In this document: positions 33,597 through 45,098 of the stretch, in pieces
Layout of the letters: the number at the start of each line of letters is the position of its first letter
Numbering within the stretch: position 1 is the first letter of the stretch
Source: an uncultured Gammaproteobacteria bacterium
GTDB taxonomy: Bacteria; Pseudomonadota; Gammaproteobacteria; UBA9214
NCBI GenBank assembly: GCA_963773065.1
Contig: CAVYZN010000017.1
Span: 96,001 to 160,000 of the forward strand
Length of the DNA stretch: 64,000 nt
Reading direction: 5' to 3'
Made by a program: the position numbers and the translations under genes
The notes under the pieces: model-generated
What the model saw: only the letters and a program-made list of their open reading frames with translations
Database searches by the model: none
What the model was told of the DNA's origin: nothing

Positions 33597-34046
33597 TCAT
33601 GCCGCCGGCCTGACCTCCAGCCAGAAGGTCACCGGACCGTCATTGATTAGCGCAACCTGCATATTGGCGGCGAAGCGGCCGTAACCGAGCGGTGCATGCT
33701 GCTTGCCGGCAAAGGCTACCATGCGGTCGAACAATCGCTCACCTTCCGCCGGGTCGGCGGCTGGTGTGAAACTGGGACGCATGCCTCTAGCCGTATCCGC
33801 CGCCAGGGTAAATTGCGGTACCAGCAGCAGTCCGCCACCGCTCTGCCTCAGGCTGAGGTTCATCCTGCCCTGTGCATCGGGAAAAACCCGATACCCGAGC
33901 ACACGCTCCAGTAAACGCGTTACTTCACGTTCAGTATCTCCTTTCTGCACGCCAACCAGCACCAGCAGCCCTGCGCCTATGACGGCAATCACCTCATCTT
34001 CAACGGTCACGCTGGCCGACTGTACGCGCTGCAGCAAACCGATCAT
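33597..34046 (-). CDS. dtd: D-aminoacyl-tRNA deacylase
   Basis: LLQRV..ASV, PQFTL, G.RPSF, NDGPVT. Confidence 0.94.
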   Translation of the reverse strand: MIGLLQRVQSASVTVEDEVIAVIGAGLLVLVGVQKGDTEREVTRLLERVLGYRVFPDAQGRMNLSLRQSGGGLLLVPQFTLAADTARGMRPSFTPAADPAEGERLFDRMVAFAGKQHAPLGYGRFAANMQVALINDGPVTFWLEVRPAA

Positions 34047-34994
34047 CCGAAACGCAACGCAAACTGGCCGGTCGCGGTGACAAGGGCGTCCACGATTCCC
34101 TCCTCCGTGGCGGAATGGCCGGCATCCGGGATAATCTGCAGGCGCGACTGGGGCCACACCTTGTGCAGGGCCCAGGCCTGTTCAACAGGACATACGACAT
34201 CATAACGTCCATGCACGATGACGCCGGGAATACCATGCAGGCGTGCCGCATCACGCAGTATCTGATCCGGAGCCAGAAAACTGTCATGCATGAAATAATG
34301 GCATTCGATGCGCGCCAGGCTCAGTGCGGTGTATGGATTCGTAAAATGACCAATCACTGATGCCCTGGGTAACAAGGTGGAGGCGCGCCCCTCCCACAAC
34401 GACCATGCCTTGGCGGCAGCCATCCGCGCCAGCTCGTCATCGCCCGTCAGGCGGCGATAATAGGCATCAACCAGATTGCTCATGTTCCGCGGCAGGTATC
34501 GGCTGCAGATAATCTTCCCAGTAATCCGGTAACAGGGAAGAGGCGCCGTCCTGGTAGAACCAGTTGATATCCCTTGGACGACACAAAAAGATGCCACGCA
34601 AAATCAGCCCAAGCACATGTGACGAGTGGGTCTCGGCATAAATCAGTCCCAGGGTCGAACCCCAGGATCCACCAAAAATAATCCAGCGGTCTATGCCCAG
34701 CATGCCGCGGATGGTTTCCATATCCGTAACCAGTTCCCCGGTGTTGTTCCCGTTCAGTTCGGCATGCGGAAGCGAGCGCCCGCAACCACGCTGGTCGAAC
34801 AGGATGATGCGATAGATCTCAGGATTGAAGAACTGACGGTGATAGGCCTCGCACCCGGCTCCGGGTCCCCCGTGCACGAATATCACCGGCAGACCATCGG
34901 CACGACCACACTCCTCTACATACAAACGGTGTCCCTGTGACACGGTAACGGAATGGGTCCGGAATGGTTCGATGGGTGGGTAAAGCCGGCTCAT
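34043..34994 (-). CDS. pip: Proline iminopeptidase (frameshift near 34480)
   Basis: [29 protein letters not shown] across two ORFs. Confidence 0.92.
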
Positions 34995-35023
34995 GCAGCA
35001 AGCTTACCTGGAATGATCGATAC

Positions 35024-35057
35024 AAAAATGAAGGGCGTGCGAGACAGCACGCCCTCC
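35024..35057 (-). terminator. Probable rho-independent terminator of dsrE2
   Basis: AGGGCGTGC/GCACGCCCT stem followed by a T-rich tract on the minus strand. Confidence 0.55.
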
Positions 35058-35122
35058 TTGTTCATTACACCCGACGGTCCGGGCATGCACGCAGTGGCGC
35101 TGGAACCACTACCTGATTTCGA

Positions 35123-35737
35123 CTAGATAAACAGACAAACGTCAGATTTCTGCGCCACTGGCAGGAATGATGTCGCACCGACGTAATCAGTCACTTCGGG
35201 TATGAACTCGCTGTTGTCAAACCCGAATACGTCGACGGTCATCTGGCAGGCCACCATCTTGACTTCAGCTTCTATGCACAGTTCACGCAGTTCCTCGATG
35301 CTCGCCACGCCCTTGTTCTTGAAGGTCTTCTTCATCAGCCCGGTGGCCACCTTTTCGAATCCGGGAATACCCGCCATGATCAGGTTTGGCATGGGCCATT
35401 CGATATCCTGAAACCACTTGGGGCCAAATGGCATCTTCATCGGCATGGCCGGGTTGCCCAGCGGGCTGACCTGAGCGGGTATTTCCTTTTTCAGCAACAG
35501 CAGGCCATAGAAAGTGAAAAAGATTTGTACATCCCAGCCCAACGCAGCCGCGGTAGATGCCAGAATGAAGGGAGGATAGGCCCAGTCCAGCGTGCCCTTG
35601 GTTGCGATGATCGCCATCGAAGGGGTCCTGGCCGCGTCGATCTTTTCCAGCTTTTTGGGTAAAAGCTCATCCAGCTTCTTGTCCAGCCACGCGTCCAGTT
35701 GCGCATTGCCCTGCATTTCATTAGCAGACGTTGACAT
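35123..35737 (-). CDS. dsrE2: Sulfur carrier protein DsrE2-like
   Basis: ATKGTLDWAYPPFILASTAAALG, FFTFYGL, ACQMT. Confidence 0.85.
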   Translation of the reverse strand: MSTSANEMQGNAQLDAWLDKKLDELLPKKLEKIDAARTPSMAIIATKGTLDWAYPPFILASTAAALGWDVQIFFTFYGLLLLKKEIPAQVSPLGNPAMPMKMPFGPKWFQDIEWPMPNLIMAGIPGFEKVATGLMKKTFKNKGVASIEELRELCIEAEVKMVACQMTVDVFGFDNSEFIPEVTDYVGATSFLPVAQKSDVCLFI

Positions 35738-35975
35738 CGTTTTTCTCCTCGGTTGCATATCCGGAATGGGTCAACCATTCCGGATTGTCTAAATTCCAAT
35801 AATACAAATGTAATTGCTGCAAGCTTCGACCCGTTGACGTCATACAATAGCACTTAGTGCGGCCATGATGCGTCGAGTGAATTCACATCCTATTATAATC
35901 TTAGTTATAACATTACTATCTGGCTTATATGAGTTTTTTACTACATTCCTCTATTTTGCAATGGTTAATTCAATC

Positions 35976-36401
35976 TCAACACTGCTCCCACGGCAGGCCA
36001 TGAAACCGCCACCCCCCGCTGGTACTGCGATGATGCGATTCATCCAGCTCGCCTTCAAACCCTTCCGCAACATTGTATACTTCCTTAAAACCATTTTCTA
36101 TCAATAGCTTACCTGCTTCTAACGAGCGTTTGCCACTTCGGCATATCAGCAGTACCGGCGCATCGCTGTCATGCTCCTCCACTCCGATACCGCCCAGCAT
36201 GACCTTGCGGACCTCGGTCACGAAATGCGGGTTGACAACCCAATCTGGTTCATCGATCCACCCCACGTGCACACTGCCCTTGGGGTGACCTACGAACAGA
36301 TACTCCATACTGGAACGCACATCGATCAACACAGCCCTGGGCTCCGCCTCCAACAATTTCCAGGCCTGCGCCGGCGTGAGCGTCTTTACCTTTGTGGTCA
36401 T
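35976..36401 (-). CDS. Rhodanese-domain sulfurtransferase
   Basis: LIDVRS..E...GH, ICRSGKRS, EGFEG, GW...GLPW. Confidence 0.9.
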   Translation of the reverse strand: MTTKVKTLTPAQAWKLLEAEPRAVLIDVRSSMEYLFVGHPKGSVHVGWIDEPDWVVNPHFVTEVRKVMLGGIGVEEHDSDAPVLLICRSGKRSLEAGKLLIENGFKEVYNVAEGFEGELDESHHRSTSGGWRFHGLPWEQC

Positions 36402-36546
36402 CGTTCCCCCTATCAGTCCAAAGGCCAGAACCGGCTGTTCGACATGCAAATGCATTTTCCTCGTTAGCAACCCAAAATAGCAATAACCGATTTATCCCTC
36501 CCCATACCGCTTGCCAGTCTTTACCGGTCTTCGGTAGTGTGCAGGC

Positions 36547-37269
36547 ATGAATACAACCCGCCCTCCCAAGTCACTGATGCGGCCCATCGGTCGCGCCATC
36601 GGTGATTTTGACATGATACGCAGCGGCGACCGTATCCTGCTTGGCGTGTCGGGCGGCAAGGATTCACTCTCCTTGCTGCACATCATGCTGCATCTGCGGA
36701 AATATTCCCCGGTGGAATTTGAGTTAGGCGTCATCACCGTCGATCCCCAGGTTGAAGGTTTTGATCCAAGCCCCCTGCGACCCTATCTTGCCTCGCTGTC
36801 CGTGCCGTATTTCTACGAACAGCAGCCGCTGATGGAACGTGCCATGCACCACATGCAAAAGGATTCCTATTGTAGCTGGTGCGCGCGCATGAAACGCGGA
36901 ATCATGTATGCCGTTGCGCGTCGTGAGCATTACAACGTACTGGCACTGGCTCAACATCTCGATGATCTGGCGGAAAGCTTCCTGATGTCGGCGTTCCATG
37001 CCGGTCAGTTGCGCACCATGAAAGCCCATTACTTGATTGATGCCGGGGACCTGCGTGTGATTCGGCCACTGGTTTATGTCCGGGAGCGGCAGACACGTGC
37101 CTATGCACAAGCCTTGGGGCTCCCGGTGATCGGCGACAACTGCCCCGCCTGTTTTCGCATGCCGACACAGCGCATGCACATGAAGCAACTTCTCTCCAGC
37201 GAGGAGGCATCCAATGAACTGCTATTCAAGCGCATTTTATCGACTCTTAAACCACTCATGAGCCTGTGA
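36547..37269 (+). CDS. ttcA: tRNA 2-thiocytidine biosynthesis protein
   Basis: SGGKDS PP-loop, CSWC, HLDD, IRPL, CPAC. Confidence 0.88.
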   Translation: MNTTRPPKSLMRPIGRAIGDFDMIRSGDRILLGVSGGKDSLSLLHIMLHLRKYSPVEFELGVITVDPQVEGFDPSPLRPYLASLSVPYFYEQQPLMERAMHHMQKDSYCSWCARMKRGIMYAVARREHYNVLALAQHLDDLAESFLMSAFHAGQLRTMKAHYLIDAGDLRVIRPLVYVRERQTRAYAQALGLPVIGDNCPACFRMPTQRMHMKQLLSSEEASNELLFKRILSTLKPLMSL

Positions 37270-37388
37270 TAAGACATCATTAAATGAATAATTTCCCCTT
37301 ATCTTATTACTAACATTCATGTGAGTTGCATGACCGATACCGCCAATGACATTTTCAAGTGGAACACCTATGCAATCAATCAGCCAAT

Positions 37389-38270
37389 ATGCGTCTGATT
37401 TTAATAAAATCCATCCTATTGTCTTGTGCCTGGCTGCCGCTGCCGATTATTCATGGGCTGGGAACAGTTATCGGTTGGGGATTCATGATCATCCCCAATC
37501 GCGTTTCCCGCGACACGAAGATCAATATCGGCCTGTGCTTTCCCGCTCTGACACAGATCCAACAGCGCCGCCTGATCCGCAAGAGCCTGATCGAAACCGG
37601 CAAGACCATCATGGAAACCAGCGCTCTCTGGATGCTCCCGGGGGAAAAGACCCTGCGGCTGATACGTTACATTGACGGTCTTGAAGTGGCGCTGAAAGCA
37701 AGGTTAACGGGTAACGGATTGATACTTGCCACACCTCATCTGGGCGCCTGGGAGGCAGCCGGTTTATACTGCACCGCCAGATTCGGGATGACCTGTCTCT
37801 ACCGGCCACTGCGCATGATCGAACTGGAAGAACTGGTGCGTGACGCGCGTAGCCGACTCGGCGCAAATTACTTACCGGCCAATGCCATTGGCATCCGCGC
37901 GGTGTACAAGGCAGTGGTGCAGGGTGGAACTGTGGCCATGCTGCCCGACCAGGAGCCTCAGACCGGCAGCGGTTCCTATGCGCCGTTTTTCGGCATACCC
38001 GCCTACAGCATGACATTGCTTGCCCGCCTAGCAAAAAGAACCGGCGCCCCGATTGTCTTCACCTATTGCGAGCGACTTGCCCGGGGTCGCGGTTATCACA
38101 TCCATTTCCGCGAGGCGCCCCAGGGAGTCTATTCCATGGATACCGATGCCGCCGTCACGTCAATGAACCAGGCCATCGAAGGATTAATCAGGGAATGCCC
38201 GGCACAATACCAGTGGAGTTACCGTCGTTTCAGTATACGACCGGAAGGTGAAGGATCTTTCTATAATTGA
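37389..38270 (+). CDS. Lipid A lauroyl/lysophospholipid acyltransferase (LpxL/HtrB family)
   Basis: PHLGAWE, LPDQEP, APFFG, P.QYQWSYRRF. Confidence 0.88.
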   Translation: MRLILIKSILLSCAWLPLPIIHGLGTVIGWGFMIIPNRVSRDTKINIGLCFPALTQIQQRRLIRKSLIETGKTIMETSALWMLPGEKTLRLIRYIDGLEVALKARLTGNGLILATPHLGAWEAAGLYCTARFGMTCLYRPLRMIELEELVRDARSRLGANYLPANAIGIRAVYKAVVQGGTVAMLPDQEPQTGSGSYAPFFGIPAYSMTLLARLAKRTGAPIVFTYCERLARGRGYHIHFREAPQGVYSMDTDAAVTSMNQAIEGLIRECPAQYQWSYRRFSIRPEGEGSFYN

Positions 38271-38427
38271 ACAGATATCTTGATGTGCTGCTGAATCCTG
38301 CAGTTGGTTATATACCTCGGTAATCATCCATCTCGGCGACTCGGTTAAGCAGGCCGTCTTGACAGCGGTGGCAATTTTCAAGCGCCTAGCATTCCTTGGC
38401 GCTTCACGGCGTCATGAGATTTCAGAT

Positions 38428-38745
38428 TTAAACGCTTTTCTTCAGCCGTTTCAAAAACACCAGCATCTCTTTCGCCGCCTGGATATCTCCCTTCTGCCGT
38501 GCTGCCGCGATGCCCGTCTCATAGACGTGTATGGCCCCCTCGATATCACCCAGTTCCTGCAGCGCCTTACCGTAAACTTTCCAGGCGGCAGAATACCCAG
38601 GATCCTGCTTGACCGCCTGTTGCAGGTGTTCCACCGCACCCCTCGCCTCACCCTGCTTGAGCAAGACATTACCAAGAGTGAAGCGCAGCAATGCATTGTC
38701 CTGGCCGGCGGCGAGCATGGCTTCAAGATTTTCGCGCATACCCAT
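38428..38745 (-). CDS. Small tetratricopeptide-repeat protein
   Basis: DNALLRFTLG, DPGYSAAWK..GKAL, GDIQAAKEM.VF. Confidence 0.82.
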   Translation of the reverse strand: MGMRENLEAMLAAGQDNALLRFTLGNVLLKQGEARGAVEHLQQAVKQDPGYSAAWKVYGKALQELGDIEGAIHVYETGIAAARQKGDIQAAKEMLVFLKRLKKSV

Positions 38746-38820
38746 CAGCGTCTCCAGCACACGCGTGCCAACAGAATCAGCAAAGTAACGACCTCAAGAC
38801 ACCCATAACATCGCAAAGCC
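38745..38820 (-). pseudogene. trkH: Remnant of the trkH 3' end
   Basis: FAML..G.LEVVTLLILLARVCWRR* resembles the TrkH C-terminus (AMLLGRLEIFTLLVL...FWR); directly downstream of trkA. Confidence 0.55.
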
Positions 38821-38846
38821 TAGCGCCCACCTGGCTGGGTCATTTC

Positions 38847-39445
38847 TCACGACCTAATCGGTGCCAACATCGCCGAGAGGATGTTCGCCTCCTCGTCATT
38901 GGTCAGGGCGCAGATGACATCGGTGTTCTCGATGTTTTCATCAAGCAGCATCTCCTCGTCGGCGGCATCACCCAGCAGTACGATCGCCTTGTCAAGCTTC
39001 TCGGAGAGCAGGCGAGTGCGATCCTCGTTGCGTTCGATAATCTTGACCTGGTAGCGGCTTTCGATTGACATGGCCAGACGCATACCGATATTCCCGCCAC
39101 CGGCCAGAATAACCCGCCTCACCGGCTTGTCGAGCTTGCGCAGTTCGCTCATTACGCCGCGGATATGGGAGTATGAAACAGCGTATAGGCCACCTGACAT
39201 GCAATCATGTTGGTCTCGTCGCTGCTGGTGACCGCAAGCACCATGTCCGCGTCATCGGCACCAGCCTGAGCGAGCGTCTCTGGATGAGATGCGTGGCCGG
39301 TAACCGTTCGTATGTCGAGCCGATCCTGTAGATCCTGCAGGATGGCCGGATTTTCATCCACCACGGTAATGTCGTTGGCTTCATTGGCCAGGTTGGTGGC
39401 GACTGACCCACCGACCTGACCTGCGCCCAGAATAATGATTTTCAT
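38847..39445 (-). pseudogene. trkA: TrkA K+ uptake subunit with internal and 3' deletions
   Basis: [12 protein letters not shown]...[12 protein letters not shown] fused out of frame to AGGGNIG...EEANILSAMLA; only ~600 bp. Confidence 0.85.
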
Positions 39446-39501
39446 TTGCTGAACCCGGGCAGAGTGCTACCTGTAACCTGCAAAATACCGTAAAGCCGCC
39501 A

Positions 39502-40872
39502 TCACTCGGCCCCTTTTTTGTGCTCTATGCCCAGTGATCGCAGCTTCCTGTACAGGTGCGTACGCTCCATCCCCACGCGCTTGGCAAGCTTGCCGATACT
39601 GCCATCGCATGCACGCAACTGGTGTTCCAGGTAATCCTTTTCAAATTGATCACGCGCCTCGCGTAACGGCAGGTCGTAGGCCAGGATCGGTGCCGGCCGC
39701 TCGCTGGAAGGGGGCGGCTGCGAGCTTATGGCGCGTTCAACCTCTTCCAGCTCGATCACCTCGCTGGTACCAAGGATAAGCAGGCGCTGAACCAGATTCT
39801 TGAGTTCCCGGATGTTGCCGGGCCATTCATAGTTACGCAGGCGATTTTGCGCCGCAAAGCTGAAGTGCCGGTAAGACAGCTTGTCATTGATCACAAAATA
39901 ATCGATGTAAAAATTCAGCAGGTCATGTACATCATCAGGATGCTCATTCAGGCTGGGTATGTGCAACGGCACCACATTCAGGTGGTAAAACAGGTCATCC
40001 CTGAACCTGCCAGCGGCCACTTCTTCCTCCAGCTTGCGCTGCGTGGTCGCGATGATGCGCAGGTCAACCTCGACATCCTCCTTACCGCCTAGCCGCGTAA
40101 ACGAGCTTGTCTGTAATACGCCCAGCAGCCTTGTCTGGGTTTGCAGGTCCATATCGGAGATGTCTCCGATACACAAGGTACCTCCGTTTGCCTGTTCTAA
40201 ACGTCCGTAGTGGATGTCCTCACCGTCTTCGTGCCCGAAGAACTCGGCCGCGGAATTTTCCTGCGAAATGGAGCCCACGGCAATCTCCACAAACGGCCCT
40301 TCGCGGCGCGGGCTTTCCTGGTGGATATAGCGCGCAAACGTTCCCTTTCCCGTTCCCGGTTCCCCGTAGATCAGTACCCAGCTCTTATGCTGGGCAATCT
40401 TGCGCGCCTGTTCCCGGAGTTGTTCCATCACCCTGCTTTTTCCGATCGGCTCAATCACCGGCTGCGCGTGTTTTCGAAGACCGACATTTTCCCTTTGCAG
40501 TTTGTCACTCTCGAACGCGCGCTCGATCGTCAGGAGGAGTTTGGCGAGTGATATGGGTTTTTCAATAAAGTCATAGGCGCCGAGGCGGGTCGCCTCCACC
40601 GCGGTTTCTACCGTTCCGTGTCCTGACATCATGACGACAGGGCAGGGCAGAACGCCGGATTCCGACCATTCACGCAGCAGGGTAATGCCATCGACGTCTT
40701 CCATCCATATGTCAAGCAATATCAGGTCCGGACGCCGGGTCCGGCGCGCCTTGCGCGCCTCCTCCCCACCTGCTGCGGTGGTTACGGTATAACCCTCGTC
40801 CTCCAGAATATCGCGAACCAGGTTGCGAATATCCGGTTCATCATCGACAACAAGGATGTGGCGCGGCGTCAT
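39502..40872 (-). CDS. ntrX: NtrX-like response regulator (REC-AAA-Fis HTH)
   Basis: VVDDE, LLDIWM, GEPGTGK, FRDDLFY, WPGNIREL, MERTHLYRKL; no GAFTGA, as in NtrX. Confidence 0.8.
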   Translation of the reverse strand: MTPRHILVVDDEPDIRNLVRDILEDEGYTVTTAAGGEEARKARRTRRPDLILLDIWMEDVDGITLLREWSESGVLPCPVVMMSGHGTVETAVEATRLGAYDFIEKPISLAKLLLTIERAFESDKLQRENVGLRKHAQPVIEPIGKSRVMEQLREQARKIAQHKSWVLIYGEPGTGKGTFARYIHQESPRREGPFVEIAVGSISQENSAAEFFGHEDGEDIHYGRLEQANGGTLCIGDISDMDLQTQTRLLGVLQTSSFTRLGGKEDVEVDLRIIATTQRKLEEEVAAGRFRDDLFYHLNVVPLHIPSLNEHPDDVHDLLNFYIDYFVINDKLSYRHFSFAAQNRLRNYEWPGNIRELKNLVQRLLILGTSEVIELEEVERAISSQPPPSSERPAPILAYDLPLREARDQFEKDYLEHQLRACDGSIGKLAKRVGMERTHLYRKLRSLGIEHKKGAE

Positions 40873-40951
40873 TTCTTAACTTTTATCGTTAACTTTGTCA
40901 TGAGGATATCCGGTGATTAACATTCACACTCATCCAGCTCCGGATGCAACA

Positions 40952-43205
40952 TTATATCCCACCATCATGCGCCGAAAATATTTTATCGTCCCCGGCAGGA
41001 TAAGAATCAGCGGCACAACCAGCCACCTCGGCTGTTTGCAGCCGGATTCGGATGCGCGCGCCCCCTTCGGTACTGCTTTCCGCAGCAATAATGCCGCCAT
41101 GCTCTTCCACGATCTTTTTCACGATGGCCAGACCCAGCCCGCTGCCCCTGGGTTTCGTGGAAACATAGGGTTCAAATATATTGTTCAAGCACCCGGGCAG
41201 TAAAACCGGGGCCATTGTCATCGATTACAAGCTCGACATAACGCTTTCCTGACTCTTCGCCGGTATGCGTTGTTACCGTGATGCAGGCCTTCGGGGTTTC
41301 AGTAACGGCCTCCAGTGAGTTCTTGATGAGGTTATGCAAAAGCTGTCTGAGCCTGCCCGCATCACCCTCGATGCCGGCTTGGTCCGCATTCAGATGAGTA
41401 ACAAACTGCACTTGCGAGTCACTGCCCCGGTAAAGTTCGAGCACTTCCAGCACCAGCAGATTCAGGTCAATCGGCTCCAGGCTGATCTGGGGCACACGCG
41501 CATATTCACTGAAGGCATTGACCATTTTCTTCATAGCCTCGACCTGGTTGACAATCGTGCGTGTGGCGCGGTCCAGCACCTCGACATCATCCTTGTCCAT
41601 GCGCTCGATATACCGGCGGCGCAAGCGTTCCGCCGAGAGCTGGATCGGCGTCAGCGGGTTCTTTATCTCATGGGCAAGACGCCGTGCGACTTCACCCCAG
41701 GCGGCATCGCGTTGAGCCTGTATCAATGCGGTCACGTCATCGAACACGATAACCTTGCCATCCTTGTCTGAATTTGTACCCTTGAATGAAGTACCCCGGC
41801 ACATCAGGACCTGCCGCCCGTTGACGCCGAAAAGCGAGACCTCTTCCTGCCATATTTTCCTGCCAGTGCGGTGGTTTCTCGAGATCACGTCGATGAACGG
41901 CCGGAGAAAGGCGTGATCTGCCCCCACTTCTGATAGCGCCTTGCCGAGATAGGTTTTGATATCGACACCAAGGTTCTGGCGCGCCGCACTGTTGACCGCG
42001 CGTATAACCCAATCTGCATCGAGACTAATCACCCCCGAGGAAAGATTGGCCAGTACGGCTTCCAGATAGGCGCGCTGGCCTTCGACCTGCTGCTGGCTTT
42101 TACGGGCCTGATCACGCGCCTTGGCAAGATGTCGGGTCATGTCGTTGAAAGACCGCACCAGGAATCCCAGCTCATCATCGCTGGCGACCGGCAAACGCTT
42201 GCTGTAATCCCCTTCAGCAATGGCACGGGTTGCTTCCGCCATGTCACTCACTGGCGCGACCAGCCGGCGCGCTGAGTGGAACGCCGCCCAGATCGCTGCG
42301 AGCAGACTTAACACGAGGACGATGGACAAGGTCAGGGTATAACTGAACTTGAGTGGCGTACGCAGATATGCCAGTTCCTTGTAGTGCCCGAAAGCAGACT
42401 GGACACTCTCGGCCAACACGCTGAGACGTTCCGATACGGTAAACAATGCCTGCAGAATATACACCTCATTGTCCTGCCGGGAGGAAAGCACCGGCACAAG
42501 GGCGCGCGCAAACAAGCCGGTTTCACCCACCGGATCCAGGCCGATATAGTGTTTGCCATCGCGCAGGACCTGCAACATCTCGCTGGATGGCTGGTGCGGA
42601 ATGATGTCTGTTGGATCAATACTGCTTGAGGCTATAATACGGCTGTCACTGCCGAGCAGCGTCAGTTCGGCTGCGCCGCTGCGCACCCGCAGGTCATACA
42701 GGTTCAGTGAAAGCGTTGCTGCCGGTGATTCCGCTATCTCATCCGCGACGCTCTCCGTGACCCGCAGGACATCGCGCAAGCGTACGTCGAGAGCCGTACG
42801 GCTGAGATCCAGCGCATCCTCGAGCGCCTGTTCAATGCGCACATCAAACCAACTGTCGATACCGCGATGCAGGAACTGCAGGGAGAAATAGTACACGATG
42901 GATACCGGCACCACTGACAGTATCACGAATGTGATGACCAACCGGGTCATCAACTTCGCACCGGCGGCCTTTTTCCGCTGCTGGCTGAGCAGCCAGATAA
43001 TGTTGGCGACCACGAGCGCGCCCAGCACCACAAGGCCCAGCGCATTGATCAACAGCAGCCATGAATACAGCTCGCCAAAGCGTTGCGAATTATGTGTAGC
43101 ATCGCTCATATAGGCGAGCGATACCAGCAACAACGCAAACAGCAGCAGCATCGGCAGGAGACCGAAGCCGATGCGTTTTATCGAGCCAGTTGCCATTGAT
43201 ACCAC
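40952..43205 (-). CDS. ntrY: NtrY-like HAMP/PAS sensor histidine kinase (frameshift near 41180)
   Basis: [42 protein letters not shown]. Confidence 0.82.
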
Positions 43206-43801
43206 TCGCTGTCCATATCCCAGGCGGACGAAATATAGGCAAGCAGTCGCACCGGGGTTGGCAGCGCCTCGATATCGAGGCTGCCACGCAGGCGTACTGA
43301 ATAACTCTCATCATTCCGCATCAAGGCATAATCCAGCACGGGATAATTGTGCACGAATCCGGCGGCCTGCAGCGCTTCATCCAGTGTTGGATAGCTGCGC
43401 TGTGCGCCGGTTGCGAGGTCCTTTACCAGATAAGTACGGCTGAGTGCGTGTAACTGAACTTGTCTGGCCTGCTTGTATTCGGCGACCACGCTGTCCCATA
43501 ACCAGGTGTGCTTTTCCAGCGTTTGAATCTGCAACTCGAACACCAGGGGCACACCGTTTTCCAGCGCCTCCCTCGGGCCTGAACTCAGATTGATAGCCAT
43601 CCTGGCATCGAGCAGATATGCCTCATCACCTTTTTCTGTCCCGATTTCGGTAACCTTGAAGACGCCTGGTTGATCGGCCGCCGGAAGCCGGGTCGGAGTG
43701 CACAGAAAAACCCCGGCAAGCAGCGTCATCGTCAGCCACTGCACGCGGTTCACATAGATCCAATTGGTCTTTATACCGGCTATACGGCCTTGCGCATGCA
43801 T
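43178..43801 (-). CDS. DUF4390-type exported protein (start uncertain)
   Basis: EALENGVPLVF, LDIEALPTP; conserved position between rsmB and ntrY. Confidence 0.75.
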   Translation of the reverse strand: MHAQGRIAGIKTNWIYVNRVQWLTMTLLAGVFLCTPTRLPAADQPGVFKVTEIGTEKGDEAYLLDARMAINLSSGPREALENGVPLVFELQIQTLEKHTWLWDSVVAEYKQARQVQLHALSRTYLVKDLATGAQRSYPTLDEALQAAGFVHNYPVLDYALMRNDESYSVRLRGSLDIEALPTPVRLLAYISSAWDMDSEWYQWQLAR

Positions 43802-45087
43802 GCAAAATAAAATCCGTCCATATCCTCCTCACCCGGCAATATCTGCCGACCGTGAGTACAGGATCGCCCCCAAGCCACTTCGATCGTCGTCGCCTCGGCA
43901 TTCGTATGCGCAGAAAGAAAACGCTCAATCTGCCCCTCGTTCTCCTCAGCCAGCACGGAACAGGTCGTGTACAACAGCATACCGCCTGCCGCAAGCAAGG
44001 GCCACATGGTCTGCAGCAATTGTGCCTGTCGCATCACTAGTGCAGCAATATCCTGAGGCCTGCGTAACAGCTTGATATCGGGATGACGCCTTATCACGCC
44101 GGTTGCCGTACAGGGCACATCGAGCAGTATGCGGTCAAAACACCGTCCATCCCACCAGGGTTCCGGATTGGCGGCATCGCCCTGTATAACGCGTGCGGCG
44201 AGACCAAGGCGCAAGAGATTTTCCTCGATCCGTCGAACCCGGCTGGAATCGATCTCGACAGCCGTCAGGGATTCAAGATCGGGTTCGGATTCCAGGATGT
44301 GCGCCGTCTTGCCGCCGGGTGCTGCACAGGCATCCAGCACCCGCTGTCCGGCGGCCAGATCCAGCAAGCCGGTCGCCTGCTGGGCGGCGCCGTCCTGCAC
44401 CGAAACCCAACCCTCGGCAAATCCTGGCAATGCTTCGACCGGCACCGGCGATTCAACAACGATGCCATGGGCGGCATGCCTCATTGCCCGGGCCTTGATT
44501 CCACCTTGCAGCATCAAGACCAGATAGTCATCGCGCCCTATCTGCCGCTGGTTCACCCGCAGCGACAATGGCGGGCGCTGGTTGCCGGCATCCAGGATGT
44601 TCTCCCAGTCCGCCGGCCAGTCCGTCTGCAACACATCGTTAAGCCATCCCGGATGTGCATAACGCGCCTCACGCGACTGCTCTGCCACGGCGTCCAGCCG
44701 GACTGTTTCACGCTGATAGCCGCGCAGCACCGCGTTCACCAGGCCTGAAGCCCATTCCTTCTTAAGCTCACGGGTGGCCTGAACGGTCTCGTTAACGGCG
44801 ACATGAGAAGGCACTCTCATGCGGGACAGCTGATACAGACCTGACAGCAGGAGGCAATACAGATCGCCATCGCGCTGCTTGAGTGGACGTTTCAACTGGC
44901 GATCCAGAACCGCATGCAGGCGGTAATACCAACGAAGCGTCCCGTAGACCAGCTCCTGCACCAGCGCCCGCTGACTCGGGTCGGCAACGGTTTTCAACGC
45001 CGCTGGCAGCACATCAGACAGCGATCTACCATCGCTAATGACCTGTGCGAGCGTTCTCGCGGCGCAGCTGCGTGCGTTCAATGACAC
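43780..45087 (-). CDS. rsmB: 16S rRNA m5C967 methyltransferase
   Basis: NusB-like N-terminus, VLDACAAPGGKT, DVPCTATG..RRHPD, YTTCS. Confidence 0.96.
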   Translation of the reverse strand: MSLNARSCAARTLAQVISDGRSLSDVLPAALKTVADPSQRALVQELVYGTLRWYYRLHAVLDRQLKRPLKQRDGDLYCLLLSGLYQLSRMRVPSHVAVNETVQATRELKKEWASGLVNAVLRGYQRETVRLDAVAEQSREARYAHPGWLNDVLQTDWPADWENILDAGNQRPPLSLRVNQRQIGRDDYLVLMLQGGIKARAMRHAAHGIVVESPVPVEALPGFAEGWVSVQDGAAQQATGLLDLAAGQRVLDACAAPGGKTAHILESEPDLESLTAVEIDSSRVRRIEENLLRLGLAARVIQGDAANPEPWWDGRCFDRILLDVPCTATGVIRRHPDIKLLRRPQDIAALVMRQAQLLQTMWPLLAAGGMLLYTTCSVLAEENEGQIERFLSAHTNAEATTIEVAWGRSCTHGRQILPGEEDMDGFYFACMRKAV

Positions 45088-45098
45088 TCGCGGCCCGG

